Positions 1-10,980 of a stretch of DNA of 64,000 nucleotides are shown in pieces. Position 1 is the stretch's first letter. Every line of letters begins with the position of its first letter. Source of the stretch: TPA_inf: Saccharomyces. Its lineage: Eukaryota. A model generated the notes under the pieces. The model was not told where the DNA came from, searched no databases, and saw nothing but the letters and a program-made list of their open reading frames with translations. The position numbers and the translations under genes were made by a program. The stretch covers positions 576,001-640,000 of the forward strand of contig BK006948.2 in assembly GCA_000146045.2 (NCBI GenBank). The letters run 5' to 3'.

Positions 1-1626
1 AAGTTGGAAATTGTCTTGAAGGGTGACGAAAAGGACTTGGAAGGTAAGGCCTTGTTGAAGGTTGTTATGAGAAAGTTCTTGCCAGCTGCCGATGCCTTAT
101 TGGAAATGATTGTCTTGCACTTGCCATCTCCAGTCACTGCTCAAGCCTACAGAGCTGAACAATTATACGAAGGTCCAGCTGACGATGCCAACTGTATTGC
201 TATCAAGAACTGTGATCCAAAGGCTGATTTGATGTTGTACGTCTCCAAGATGGTGCCAACCTCTGATAAGGGTAGATTCTACGCCTTCGGTAGAGTTTTT
301 GCCGGTACTGTTAAGTCCGGTCAAAAGGTCAGAATCCAAGGTCCAAACTACGTTCCAGGTAAGAAGGACGATTTGTTCATCAAGGCCATTCAAAGAGTTG
401 TTTTGATGATGGGTAGATTTGTCGAACCAATCGATGACTGTCCAGCCGGTAACATTATCGGTTTAGTCGGTATCGATCAATTCTTGTTGAAGACTGGTAC
501 TTTGACCACCAGTGAAACTGCTCACAACATGAAGGTCATGAAATTCTCTGTCTCTCCAGTTGTGCAAGTCGCTGTCGAAGTCAAGAACGCTAACGACTTA
601 CCAAAATTGGTCGAAGGTTTGAAGAGATTGTCCAAGTCTGATCCATGTGTCTTGACCTATATGTCTGAATCCGGTGAACATATCGTTGCTGGTACCGGTG
701 AATTGCATTTGGAAATTTGTTTGCAAGATTTGGAACACGACCACGCTGGTGTTCCATTGAAGATCTCCCCACCAGTTGTCGCTTACAGAGAAACTGTTGA
801 AAGTGAATCTTCTCAAACTGCTTTGTCCAAGTCTCCAAACAAGCATAACAGAATCTACTTGAAGGCTGAACCAATTGACGAAGAAGTCTCTTTGGCTATT
901 GAAAACGGTATCATCAACCCAAGAGATGATTTCAAGGCCAGAGCTAGAATCATGGCTGACGACTACGGTTGGGATGTCACCGATGCCAGAAAGATCTGGT
1001 GTTTCGGTCCAGACGGTAACGGTCCAAACTTGGTTATTGACCAAACTAAGGCTGTCCAATACTTGCACGAAATCAAGGATTCCGTTGTTGCTGCTTTCCA
1101 ATGGGCTACCAAGGAAGGTCCAATTTTCGGTGAAGAAATGAGATCTGTCAGAGTTAACATTTTGGATGTTACTTTACATGCCGATGCTATCCACAGAGGT
1201 GGTGGTCAAATCATCCCAACCATGAGAAGAGCTACTTACGCCGGTTTCTTGTTGGCTGATCCAAAGATCCAAGAACCAGTTTTCTTGGTCGAAATTCAAT
1301 GTCCAGAACAAGCCGTCGGTGGTATCTACTCCGTCTTAAACAAGAAGAGAGGTCAAGTCGTTTCTGAAGAACAAAGACCAGGTACTCCATTGTTTACCGT
1401 CAAGGCCTACTTGCCAGTTAACGAATCTTTCGGTTTCACTGGTGAATTGAGACAAGCTACCGGTGGTCAAGCTTTCCCACAAATGGTTTTCGACCATTGG
1501 TCCACTTTAGGTTCTGACCCATTGGACCCAACCTCTAAGGCTGGTGAAATTGTTCTTGCTGCTCGTAAGAGACACGGTATGAAGGAAGAAGTTCCAGGCT
1601 GGCAAGAATATTACGACAAATTGTAA
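1..1626 (+). CDS. EFT1: Translation elongation factor 2 (EF-2), C-terminal ~541 codons. The 5' end lies outside the window.
   Basis: Translation matches EF-2 throughout (…[19 protein letters not shown]… diphthamide-His region; C-terminus …GWQEYYDKL). Codon usage is strongly biased (ttg/aag/ggt/gaa/gac). The frame is open from base 1 and the ORF track started it at an internal TTG. EFT1 rather than EFT2 is inferred from the neighbours BAG7 and IDH2. Confidence 0.9.
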   Translation, partial: KLEIVLKGDEKDLEGKALLKVVMRKFLPAADALLEMIVLHLPSPVTAQAYRAEQLYEGPADDANCIAIKNCDPKADLMLYVSKMVPTSDKGRFYAFGRVFAGTVKSGQKVRIQGPNYVPGKKDDLFIKAIQRVVLMMGRFVEPIDDCPAGNIIGLVGIDQFLLKTGTLTTSETAHNMKVMKFSVSPVVQVAVEVKNANDLPKLVEGLKRLSKSDPCVLTYMSESGEHIVAGTGELHLEICLQDLEHDHAGVPLKISPPVVAYRETVESESSQTALSKSPNKHNRIYLKAEPIDEEVSLAIENGIINPRDDFKARARIMADDYGWDVTDARKIWCFGPDGNGPNLVIDQTKAVQYLHEIKDSVVAAFQWATKEGPIFGEEMRSVRVNILDVTLHADAIHRGGGQIIPTMRRATYAGFLLADPKIQEPVFLVEIQCPEQAVGGIYSVLNKKRGQVVSEEQRPGTPLFTVKAYLPVNESFGFTGELRQATGGQAFPQMVFDHWSTLGSDPLDPTSKAGEIVLAARKRHGMKEEVPGWQEYYDKL

Positions 1627-2563
1627 GAAGTCTAAATGAGAAAAGGTGGTTCTGTAAGAGCAAACCTTACCGCCTTATGATCTTTTTCATTTATTCTCTG
1701 CTTTAAAATTTTGTCGTAATAAAAATAGTATGGTAATAGACTTATATATTATTTTCTTACACATTTTTGTCATATAGTTATATTCCGAATGTTTACAATC
1801 GAACCCATCATAAAAATGGACCTTTTCGTATTACCGCCCCCTTTGTAGAGGGGGAGGAACGGCAACTTCTTGACTATTACGACGTATCACCACCCCGTTA
1901 GATATACTATGGAAAAAACTATTAAAAACCATTATAATTCATTAATGACATCGGTCCTGAGGTAGTATTACGTATAACTTACCTGGCTCTTGGTCATAGC
2001 TTTTTATCCGTTTACGAAAAAAGGAGAAGAAGATTGGGCTTCCGCGGCTATTGTTTGGTTTATACCCCGCCGTATGTTGGTGCTTCTATAATTAGAGCGA
2101 AATAGGAAATACAAAAAATCCTTGGAGGGGAGGACCAGCCTCATCGGGCTAAAACTCCCTCAAAACCGGAGGGGCAACCAAAGTATATATCTCATTATGG
2201 CCGATACTTCTAGAGGCGCACTAACAGAAGCACCTCAGCCCCTGCAGGTGAAAGAAAGAGGTAATTAATTTTCCGGTTACTTACTTTCTCTCGCTATTGG
2301 GGAAAGCGTTGGTTCGAGGCGTTGAGGTCGAAGACAATCATTGTTTTCTTCTTATTTAAGTACATCTTTAGAAGAAAATTACACAACTGGAATGAGTAAA
2401 TCAATACTTGCTTTGTGTTCCCATTGTTAGATACTCTTGTTTTAGCATGTGATAGCAGTATATAATATAACCTGCAAAATAATCGAAACGCGTACACAGG
2501 AAAGAGTACATAAATAACCATAGTATATTTCTGGACATATCTTATTACACAACATAAAATAGA

Positions 2564-3793
2564 ATGTTTAACATGAATCTACTTTCTACACCTTCTTCTG
2601 AAGAGGGTTCTCCACAGAATAGGTCATCTTCAATGTCTTCTGTTGAGGGCAAGAAGGATAGGGACACCTTTACTAATTTGCAAAACGAATTTGATGGTAA
2701 AGTATTTGGCGTCTCACTCGAGGAATCACTGAAAGTTGCTCAAGAGGAAGTAATTATCCAAAAAAGTACAAATGAAATTGGTTCCATACCGGTGGTAATA
2801 GCAAAAAGTGGGAAATACCTAAAAGAGAATGCATTAGACACAACAGGAATTTTCCGTATTGCGGGAAGCAATAAACGTGTTAGAGAGCTACAAGCTGTTT
2901 TCTCTAAACCGCCCGATTATGGTCGTAAATTTGAAGGATGGTGTGATTTCAATGTTCATGACATTGCAACTTTATTAAAAAGATATTTGAACTCATTAAG
3001 TGAGCCTTTGGTTCCCCTAGCATTATACGACATTTTTAGAAATCCAATATTAGAAAACCCAAAAATAAATGAGCACAAAGAACAAATCATTAAGGACTAC
3101 GAAGATATTTATATGCTCTTACCACAACAAAATCGCCATTTAATACTTTATTTAGCCGCGCTCTTGAATTTATTTGCAAGAAATGAAAAGAAGAATTTAA
3201 TGTCAGCAAGCAATTTAGCGGCCATCGTACAACCCTCACTTTTGTCTCATCCCAAGGATGAAATGTGCCCGAAAGAGTATGAGGCTTCCAGAACTGTCAT
3301 CGAATTCCTCATACTACACGCTTCAGATATAATACCGAATACGGAAAAAGCGAATAAGGACACCATGCCGCATGCAGGAACAGTAGCAAAGTTTAACAAC
3401 ATTACCGTTCCTGAAATGGCTATTGACTCCGATGAAGAAGATTTTGTGCACCCTTCAATAGATGACCATATGCTTCCAAGGTCACGTGCACTTTCTGACT
3501 CCAACAATTTTACCATACATCATCATCATCATCATCATCATGCACTGTTTCCTAGCCCAATAGATTTTGATAACAATGGGCTTTCTGTACCGAGATCCTT
3601 TAAAGGTAGAACATTGAGTGCAGAGTCCCTTTCTCCCAGACTTAGTAAATTACTTGGGAACGTTGGAAACAGCAGCAATACTGGCATCAAAGACCCTACA
3701 GAAAGAGTTCCTAGAGGTGAACATAAAACCAAACACAAACAACGACAGTCATGGTTGAGAAGACTCACTAGCCCTTCTAGAACGCAGCCTTAG
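2564..3793 (+). CDS. BAG7: Rho GTPase-activating protein (RhoGAP domain), 409 aa
   Basis: RhoGAP arginine-finger region GIFRIAGSNKRVRELQ. 409 aa with an internal His8 run. It sits between EFT1 and IDH2 as in the reference order. Confidence 0.85.
   Translation: MFNMNLLSTPSSEEGSPQNRSSSMSSVEGKKDRDTFTNLQNEFDGKVFGVSLEESLKVAQEEVIIQKSTNEIGSIPVVIAKSGKYLKENALDTTGIFRIAGSNKRVRELQAVFSKPPDYGRKFEGWCDFNVHDIATLLKRYLNSLSEPLVPLALYDIFRNPILENPKINEHKEQIIKDYEDIYMLLPQQNRHLILYLAALLNLFARNEKKNLMSASNLAAIVQPSLLSHPKDEMCPKEYEASRTVIEFLILHASDIIPNTEKANKDTMPHAGTVAKFNNITVPEMAIDSDEEDFVHPSIDDHMLPRSRALSDSNNFTIHHHHHHHHALFPSPIDFDNNGLSVPRSFKGRTLSAESLSPRLSKLLGNVGNSSNTGIKDPTERVPRGEHKTKHKQRQSWLRRLTSPSRTQP
3518..3541 (+). repeat. Perfect (CAT)8 trinucleotide repeat encoding His8 inside BAG7
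   Basis: catcatcatcatcatcatcatcat, read directly. It is in frame and gives IHHHHHHHHALF. Confidence 0.95.
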
Positions 3794-4249
3794 CTTCCTA
3801 AGCACTGTGATCTGCTAGTCGATTCCGAGGTTCGGCGAAGAAATTGTCGTTGCCCCGCCAGGGGCCTTTTGCGATACTCGGCGCTTCTTTCAGCAATCTC
3901 GGTCCGCATCTCGGCAAGGGGGGGCATGACACGGGCCGCTCTGGTTGGTCAGTTCCTATTTTCTGTAACTTCCATTGTTTGGTTAAAGAATATATAAGTT
4001 ATTGAAAAGCTCATAGGTCCCTTATTATAGGCCCTAAGGTTTTAGTTTCTCATCATAGTCATATCAGAAAAACCCTCCTTCTAAAGTTTTCCTCTTTTCT
4101 TATTTCTTTTTCATTTATTATTCATATTTATATAAATATATATTCCAAGTGCATGACATTATTGGATACACTTTTTCTGAACCTGAATTACCTTGGTAGA
4201 TAATAAGATACAGATCGGGAACGAACAACAATTATAATATTTTTTAATA

Positions 4250-5359
4250 ATGTTGAGAAATACTTTTTTTAGAAACACCTCGAGGAGGTTTTTGGCTACT
4301 GTAAAGCAACCTTCAATCGGAAGATATACCGGCAAACCTAACCCTTCTACCGGCAAATACACGGTCTCGTTCATTGAAGGTGATGGTATCGGACCTGAAA
4401 TTTCCAAGTCTGTAAAGAAAATCTTTAGTGCAGCAAACGTCCCCATAGAATGGGAATCTTGTGATGTTAGCCCTATCTTTGTCAACGGATTAACGACCAT
4501 TCCTGACCCTGCCGTACAATCTATCACAAAAAACCTGGTTGCACTAAAAGGTCCACTAGCTACACCTATTGGTAAAGGTCACAGATCTTTGAATTTGACA
4601 TTGAGAAAAACATTTGGGTTATTTGCCAACGTTCGTCCCGCAAAGTCTATTGAAGGTTTTAAGACCACTTACGAAAACGTTGATTTAGTTCTTATCAGAG
4701 AGAATACCGAAGGTGAATATTCTGGTATCGAACACATAGTTTGCCCTGGCGTTGTTCAATCTATTAAACTGATCACAAGAGATGCCTCTGAGCGAGTCAT
4801 TAGATACGCTTTTGAATATGCAAGAGCCATCGGCAGACCAAGAGTTATTGTGGTACATAAATCTACTATCCAGAGATTAGCTGATGGTTTATTCGTTAAT
4901 GTTGCCAAAGAACTATCCAAAGAGTATCCTGACCTTACTTTAGAAACTGAACTTATTGATAACAGTGTGTTAAAGGTGGTCACCAACCCATCTGCTTACA
5001 CAGACGCTGTTTCTGTTTGTCCAAATCTATACGGTGATATCTTGTCCGACTTGAACTCTGGTTTGAGCGCCGGTTCTTTAGGTTTAACTCCATCTGCCAA
5101 TATTGGTCATAAAATCTCGATCTTTGAAGCTGTCCATGGCTCTGCCCCTGATATTGCCGGTCAAGATAAAGCGAATCCAACTGCCCTACTTTTATCTTCA
5201 GTAATGATGTTAAACCACATGGGTCTAACGAATCATGCTGACCAAATTCAAAATGCAGTATTGTCTACTATCGCATCAGGTCCAGAAAACAGAACAGGTG
5301 ACTTGGCTGGTACTGCTACTACTTCATCATTCACTGAAGCAGTCATCAAGAGATTATAA
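4250..5359 (+). CDS. IDH2: NAD+-dependent isocitrate dehydrogenase subunit 2, mitochondrial, 369 aa
   Basis: Isocitrate/isopropylmalate dehydrogenase family motifs (…IRENTEGEYSGIEH…, …NLYGDILSDL…). N-terminal mitochondrial presequence MLRNTFFRNTSRRFLATV. The 369 aa length matches IDH2. Confidence 0.9.
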   Translation: MLRNTFFRNTSRRFLATVKQPSIGRYTGKPNPSTGKYTVSFIEGDGIGPEISKSVKKIFSAANVPIEWESCDVSPIFVNGLTTIPDPAVQSITKNLVALKGPLATPIGKGHRSLNLTLRKTFGLFANVRPAKSIEGFKTTYENVDLVLIRENTEGEYSGIEHIVCPGVVQSIKLITRDASERVIRYAFEYARAIGRPRVIVVHKSTIQRLADGLFVNVAKELSKEYPDLTLETELIDNSVLKVVTNPSAYTDAVSVCPNLYGDILSDLNSGLSAGSLGLTPSANIGHKISIFEAVHGSAPDIAGQDKANPTALLLSSVMMLNHMGLTNHADQIQNAVLSTIASGPENRTGDLAGTATTSSFTEAVIKRL

Positions 5360-5669
5360 AAGTCCTATTCTTTTCCCTCTCAGGTTTTTTCACGCCTTGA
5401 AAACAAATGACTATCCGTTTAATATAATGATTTCTGAAAGATTATGAAGTAAAAAAAAGCAAAATGCTTAGATATATAATATATACATACAATAAAAATT
5501 CCGTATCTACTCCAAACTTCTATGGCTTTGTCCTCAATGTGTTCTGATGTTTATTTAATAGCCTGAAGTTTTTATTAAGTATGTATACTTTTCGATATTT
5601 ATTCTTTTAATAATGCTACAGGAGACCATAAGTGATAACTCAAAATGTCCCTCAGTGGACTTGTAAACC

Positions 5670-5684
5670 AAAAAAAAAAAAAAA
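5670..5684. repeat. poly(dA:dT) tract, A15
   Basis: accaaaaaaaaaaaaaaag. It lies in the convergent 3' intergenic region between IDH2 and SIA1. Confidence 0.9.
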
Positions 5685-5812
5685 GAAAAAGAATTAAATA
5701 TATTATGTGTAAAAAGAAAACACCACCGTGTGTTATGTATATTTTGTTTATGTCTATCTATCATCTATCCTGCTGGCAGTCAATGTTCACCTTACAAAAT
5801 TAATCATTGAAA

Positions 5813-7681
5813 TTATTGCTTCCCCTTATAGATGTACTGATAATCGTAAACCTCGTCAACAAGATTGCTATTCCTCTTCCACGAAGTTATTTCGTCCAAA
5901 ATATCATCCAAGTTAAATAATCTAACGGTTGGATATATACCTTGGATTCTCGGCAAGCCTATACCAGCGGACCCACCGTAACATAACCACATCTCATTTT
6001 TTGACTGTAAGCAACAGTCATTATTATGTTCATGTCCGCAACTGACACCCTTTATATTCCAAAGACTCAGGATATCAAGGAAGCTTTTGTAATGTTTGCC
6101 ATTGATCGTCATTGAAACTTGTCCTCTAGACCTTGGCGTATCTACTGTTAAGGTAGACCTCTCATTATACTGCCCAATAATAGGAAATAAACCATGAGGC
6201 CTATATTCCGATAATGGAAAATATTGAAATGCCAAGCCAAAGTCTATTTTCCCAATCAGGTCGTTATAATCTTGTAGGAAATTATTGACGGGCGCAAATG
6301 AATCAAAGACGAAAAATAAAGCCTCTGATGGGTTTGTTTCGTCTTCGGTATCAATGTCTCTTTCCAAAAGAGTATTCTTCGTGAGCTTCTTTTTAAATGA
6401 GACTTCTATGGCCATATGACCCTCTTCTGATGCAACGTTGTTAAATGTGTAAGGTAAATTCCTGATAAAGTCTCTAATTTGTGCCGATGTGGCCAAATTG
6501 GATTCGTCAGAAACACCCAATGAAATTGCGTAGGGTATTTTATTAGAAATCATTGGTTGGACAACTTTCATAATGCACGTTTGATAGTCGATAGTATTAT
6601 GTGAGTCTAACAAATCACCTGTGATCACAACTAAATCAGGGTTTTCTGATGCGAGTACCCTATCAATAAAATTTACTGTTTTTATTTCATTGATTACGGT
6701 CATGCTATTATCCGTACATTTGAAATGAAAATCAGTTATTTGGAGAATTTTGAATGATCTTTGTCCCCTCGAAAATTGTATATGGGGAGATGTTATTTTG
6801 TAATCTGCATCGACTTGGATATTAATGTCTTTGCTGGGTGTTCTCAAAGAACCTAGCAATCCATTAGAAAATTTGTGATGATGGTTTTTGGTTTCAAGCT
6901 TTCTTGTAATTGATATGGGCAGAGAAGGTATGTTATTTCTATGAAATTCATGGATAACTTCTTTCCAAGAAGGCCTCGATTCAATAAACGATGATCCTAG
7001 ATATATTTCCAAATTAGTTATAGGAGCGTCATTATCATCATCATTAAGGATATACTTACACCATATGCCGCTCCCCTTGTATACCCACTCCTCACCGAAC
7101 ACAGCTATGTTATCTGTATCAACGGATATGCCGAAAAGCAGCTTCCACCATGACGAAGTAGGCTTTTCTCGTAGATACACATGATTGTGAAAGACAGAAC
7201 TGTCGCTCGATTTCACCAACTTATTAATGTCTCTCAGCACTTGTAGGGGTATTAGTGCTGAGTCCCTTGCTATGGCTAGTTCTTTTATTGTGTTTTTTGG
7301 ATTACTTTGGAAATCTTTCAGATGAACATATAAGTAACTGTTGTAGAATGGTCCAGACTGAAGTGAATACAATGTCTCTACAGTAATATTCTTAGAAACT
7401 CTGGTCCACAGAATGCTGTTTTTGTCTTTGATCTTTTTAGCAGTATTGGAGGGGTGTAATTTCGGGGCATACAAAGAACTACATTGCCTGTACCAATGGT
7501 AGCACCGCAGGATTTGAATATCGTCTATCATTCCGCCATGATATTCTGCTACATTATGATCCATTAATACATTTTTTGCATGTAGCTTTAGTGAATCTCT
7601 CGATAAATACAATGAAGTAATGCATAATATAAAAAGTATTCTCCTTAAAAAATTAAATCTTCTTCTATAATGTAATCTCAT
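5813..7681 (-). CDS. SIA1: Calcineurin-like metallophosphoesterase-domain protein, 622 aa
   Basis: Metallophosphatase signatures (…[13 protein letters not shown]…, …[10 protein letters not shown]…). N-terminal hydrophobic segment. Size and position match YOR137C. Confidence 0.8.
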
Positions 7682-8308
7682 GCAAATATTTGAAGGGTAT
7701 TGTTTGCGAAGGTCAATGAATGTGATAAGAGCTAATTGTTGGAAAGTAAAATAATCGAAAGGAATGAGAAAAAGGTAAGTTATTTAAATCTCTTTTGGAA
7801 ATGAAACTAAAGCAACTTGAAAGAAATTTCAAGAAATAATGAAAACCTCGAATTAATCGACAAATGAAGAGTACTGCAGAACCGAAATTGAAAAAAAAGG
7901 TCGTAAAGTTGAAATGAATTGAAGTCAGAATTAAAATAGAAGGGGTATTGTTGCGGCTAAAGTAAAATAAAGAAAGGAGAAGTTAGAAAAAGCAACTCAA
8001 TGATCTTGTGTTCGAGGCTATATTATAATAAGTTTAGGACTTGGCATTATTTCAGATCAAAAGTATAAAAATTAAAACTGTCCTTTATCTGTCAACCTTT
8101 TTATTTTTGTTTGATCCTTAGAGTCTAATTTATGTCCGTAAATAGAAGTTTTCGGATTGCGGGCGCAGTTAGCCTCCAAGCGGAGTTTCTATAGTATTGA
8201 AAACGTAAACTAGTAACATATATGCGGTTCAAAATTACTAGAGAAAATGAGATCATAGTTTAAAGAGACATACGTTATTTATCTGGCGGAAAGTGTATAG
8301 AAATCTAT

Positions 8309-10324
8309 CTAATTATCAGAATCGATGTCATCGTCATTGTCATTATCGTTACCATTGTTAATATTGTTGGTGGCTTGTTCAGGATCTCCCATACCATCGA
8401 AAAATTGCGAACGCAATGTTTTTAATGAATTTTGGTCATCCTCAGCAAATTTTAAGCACCCGCTATTGCTTTTCAACGCTTCCGCGACTACTTCTTCCGT
8501 GGGAATTTTACCCTCTTCACAGTATATGAACATCAGCGGAGTTTCACTTGCGTACTTCGTGCCATGCTTGATGGCTTCTTGAACGACAGAAGGCGACGAA
8601 CATTTTTTCACCTTGAATTCTGTTCCCAACGTATTACTTTGTATCCATGACCATGCACCGTTTCTGCTTCTGATAAAGTATGAATATGGCGATAGTGCTG
8701 CCATTGTGAGGATGTAGGGATTTTCGATCAGTCCCAATTGCTTTGCAGTGTTGATTATGTGTGTCTCTGGATGTGAAAGGTTCCATTCTCCATGCAGTTT
8801 GGACGCCAAGTCCTTATATTCCTCCATTTTAGCGGCTCTCGCAGAATTTAATGTATCTTTCAACGATGCGATCTGCTTTGCTGCTTCATTATTAGCATCG
8901 TCAGGAATTGTTTGTAGATACGCCAGCGTCGACTCTAGAATAGTGGATATGTTTTTGCCTTGGTAACTCTTTAACTCGTTGATCTCTTGAAGCAAGCATC
9001 TGGATCTGGTCCGCGCTTGCTTTCGTTTAGAAATAATATGTCTTATTAGTTGGTCTTTGCACTGTTTGGTGTAAAGCTGTGGGTAAAACTCAAGCGGTAT
9101 ATCCACGCCATTGGGTAGAGACACTGATTCTGTATTTGTTTCTAGTTCATTGAACAGGATTGTTAATACGGGTGCCACCTCCTTCAAAGTATTCTCCGGT
9201 TCCACATATCTCGCCTCTTCTTGCTCGCCACCACGAATCACGTCTTCTTCTTCTTCCTCTTCTTCGGGGTACAATAAAACGTTGAACATTTTATATAGAT
9301 TAGAATCGTACTCTTCAGGAAGAAAATGAAACAAGGACAAAAACGTCTCCATTGGAGGTTCATTCTTGTTCGGAGTATGCAAAGCAGAAGATATAAAGAG
9401 ACTTCTTGTTTCCCGGTCTCTGATCCCAGGACACATTTCCAAATCCACTGCCAATGATTTGATAAACGCTGGGAGCACCTCATAAAGATGCTCGGAATCG
9501 GCCAGCTTGGACCTCAATTGCGGTTCCAAGGACGACGTAAACACCTTGGCCGAAACAAAGGCTCTTTCACACTTTCGCGTGTTAACCACGGAGATGAGTT
9601 TTTGCAACTGCCAGAGCAGATGCGGTTGCAACCCTTCATTAGGTCCGCTGGCCAGCACGATCTCCGACGTAGTGGAACCATCTTCTGCCTCGCAATATGC
9701 AAGTCTGTATTTGGGCTCCGTAAACGATGAGCCCTTGAACCAGTCTGCCCTATAGTTCAAATCCTTAAAGTCCGGTTTCAAGAACACGTGTGGGAAATAC
9801 ACGGCCGTGAGCAACGCAAACAGCCCAAAATAGCTCTCAATTAGACTATTCAAGGGTAGCGGCAACACAACCGTAGGATCGCCCACGTTCGACTTGAACT
9901 CGTTGTGTTGTACTATACTATAAGAGGGGGGAGGAATGGATGTCTCCGATATAGAATAACGATCGTAGTTCTGAGCAGTAACCCTGCATCCGCTGGTGCT
10001 ATTAGAACCGCTGCGTTCATCCGTGATGTCTTCATCGTCATCATAATCAACATCGACACCACTCACATCCGGCATATCAATGTCTTGGTCCCCGTTGTTC
10101 GGAACATCGCAGGGCTTGGTTCCAGCCACTATTTTGTTCTCAGAAATCCTAGGCTGACTGCCATCATTCTCCTCACCCATTTCCGCTTGCTCCGGCAGCT
10201 CGTTCGAAAAGATGAAGTTAACTGCTGCCTCCAAATTACCGCCAGTTCTTTGGAGGGCGTCCACAGCTACTTCGTGTGGAATACCCATTTCTAGCAGTGA
10301 CTTTACAGCCTGATTATCCATCAT
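8309..10324 (-). CDS. RUP1: UBA-domain protein, 671 aa
   Basis: N-terminal UBA fold (MMDNQAVKSLLEMGIPHEVAVDALQRTGGNLEAAVNFIFS). Acidic tracts including E7. Position between SIA1 and SFL1. Confidence 0.8.
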   Translation of the reverse strand: MMDNQAVKSLLEMGIPHEVAVDALQRTGGNLEAAVNFIFSNELPEQAEMGEENDGSQPRISENKIVAGTKPCDVPNNGDQDIDMPDVSGVDVDYDDDEDITDERSGSNSTSGCRVTAQNYDRYSISETSIPPPSYSIVQHNEFKSNVGDPTVVLPLPLNSLIESYFGLFALLTAVYFPHVFLKPDFKDLNYRADWFKGSSFTEPKYRLAYCEAEDGSTTSEIVLASGPNEGLQPHLLWQLQKLISVVNTRKCERAFVSAKVFTSSLEPQLRSKLADSEHLYEVLPAFIKSLAVDLEMCPGIRDRETRSLFISSALHTPNKNEPPMETFLSLFHFLPEEYDSNLYKMFNVLLYPEEEEEEEDVIRGGEQEEARYVEPENTLKEVAPVLTILFNELETNTESVSLPNGVDIPLEFYPQLYTKQCKDQLIRHIISKRKQARTRSRCLLQEINELKSYQGKNISTILESTLAYLQTIPDDANNEAAKQIASLKDTLNSARAAKMEEYKDLASKLHGEWNLSHPETHIINTAKQLGLIENPYILTMAALSPYSYFIRSRNGAWSWIQSNTLGTEFKVKKCSSPSVVQEAIKHGTKYASETPLMFIYCEEGKIPTEEVVAEALKSNSGCLKFAEDDQNSLKTLRSQFFDGMGDPEQATNNINNGNDNDNDDDIDSDN

Positions 10325-10475
10325 CGTAGCTTACTTAACAAAAATCAATTACTTAAGATTCCTTTTACAGGTGACGACTCTCCTTTTCCGGCTTCTTCTC
10401 TTCTTTCCTCTACTCCGACAGGTCCTTAAGCCTTGTAGTGAGAAGTACCTTTCAACAATAGTATCTTTTACTTCC

Positions 10476-10509
10476 GTGCCGGGTCGCCCGGACATCACCC
10501 GCCCGGCAC
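10476..10509. promoter_or_regulatory. GC-rich inverted repeat with nested CGG/CCG half-sites, in the RUP1/SFL1 divergent promoter
   Basis: gtgccgggtcgcccggacatcacccgcccggcac. The 8-nt arms gtgccggg and cccggcac are exact reverse complements. Inside are CGG-N5-CCG (ccgggtcgcccgg) and further CCGG elements. It lies ~170 bp upstream of the RUP1 ATG. Confidence 0.4.
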
Positions 10510-10835
10510 AGATGCCTTGGCAGCAAGCGCATCCATCGCTGCATCTCCGCCGGAAAAACAGATGTTCAGTACATGAAAAGACGTTTTTATTCGACATAAA
10601 CTTTTTCAGCTAGCAAGAAGGATCTCTTTTTAAACACTCTATACAGGTGCACACAAAGGGTTGTTGAAACAGAAACACAAACGCACGGCGAAATAATATT
10701 ATTTATTCGACTTACGAATTTTTCAAAGAAGTCGTACTGGTGTGAAGTGGAAAGTTTCAAAGATAGTTTGAAAAGCAGGGAAAAAAGAACATAGTGAACC
10801 TTCATCGCCACAGTGACAGGTTCAAGGAAAAAATT

Positions 10836-10866
10836 CACACACACACACATACGCATACGCACACAA
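10836..10866. repeat. Imperfect (CA)n/(CG) microsatellite
   Basis: cacacacacacacatacgcatacgcacacaa, in the SFL1 upstream region. Confidence 0.85.
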
Positions 10867-10980
10867 AGCACTCAGCTCTATATACATAACAAAGAATATT
10901 GTAATTCGACACTATTTGGTACATTCAGAGGGTCCTAAGACAGCACAAATCAGTTATATAGAAAAAAAGAAGAAAAAATC

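Noticed and set aside
163-1160. Five ORFs of 65-167 codons, antisense to or out of frame within EFT1 (163-393, 590-874, 598-1101, 875-1141, 963-1160)
   Set aside because: All lie inside the strongly codon-biased EF-2 reading frame. A highly biased gene lacks stop codons in its other frames. None shows domain similarity.
1-1626. EFT1 versus its paralog EFT2
   Set aside because: The two paralogs encode identical proteins, so the protein sequence cannot discriminate. EFT1 is preferred only because of the downstream neighbours (BAG7, IDH2), so the symbol carries some uncertainty.
1627-2563. tRNA, snoRNA or other known RNA gene in the GC-rich EFT1-BAG7 spacer
   Set aside because: There is no cloverleaf with A/B boxes, and no convincing C/D (RUGAUGA…CUGA) or H/ACA architecture. 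It is kept only as an unexplained-structure finding.
4159-4527. 122-codon minus-strand ORF overlapping the IDH2 start
   Set aside because: It overlaps the IDH2 promoter and N-terminus in antisense and has low complexity. It matches the kind of dubious ORF (the YOR135C position) not expected to encode protein.
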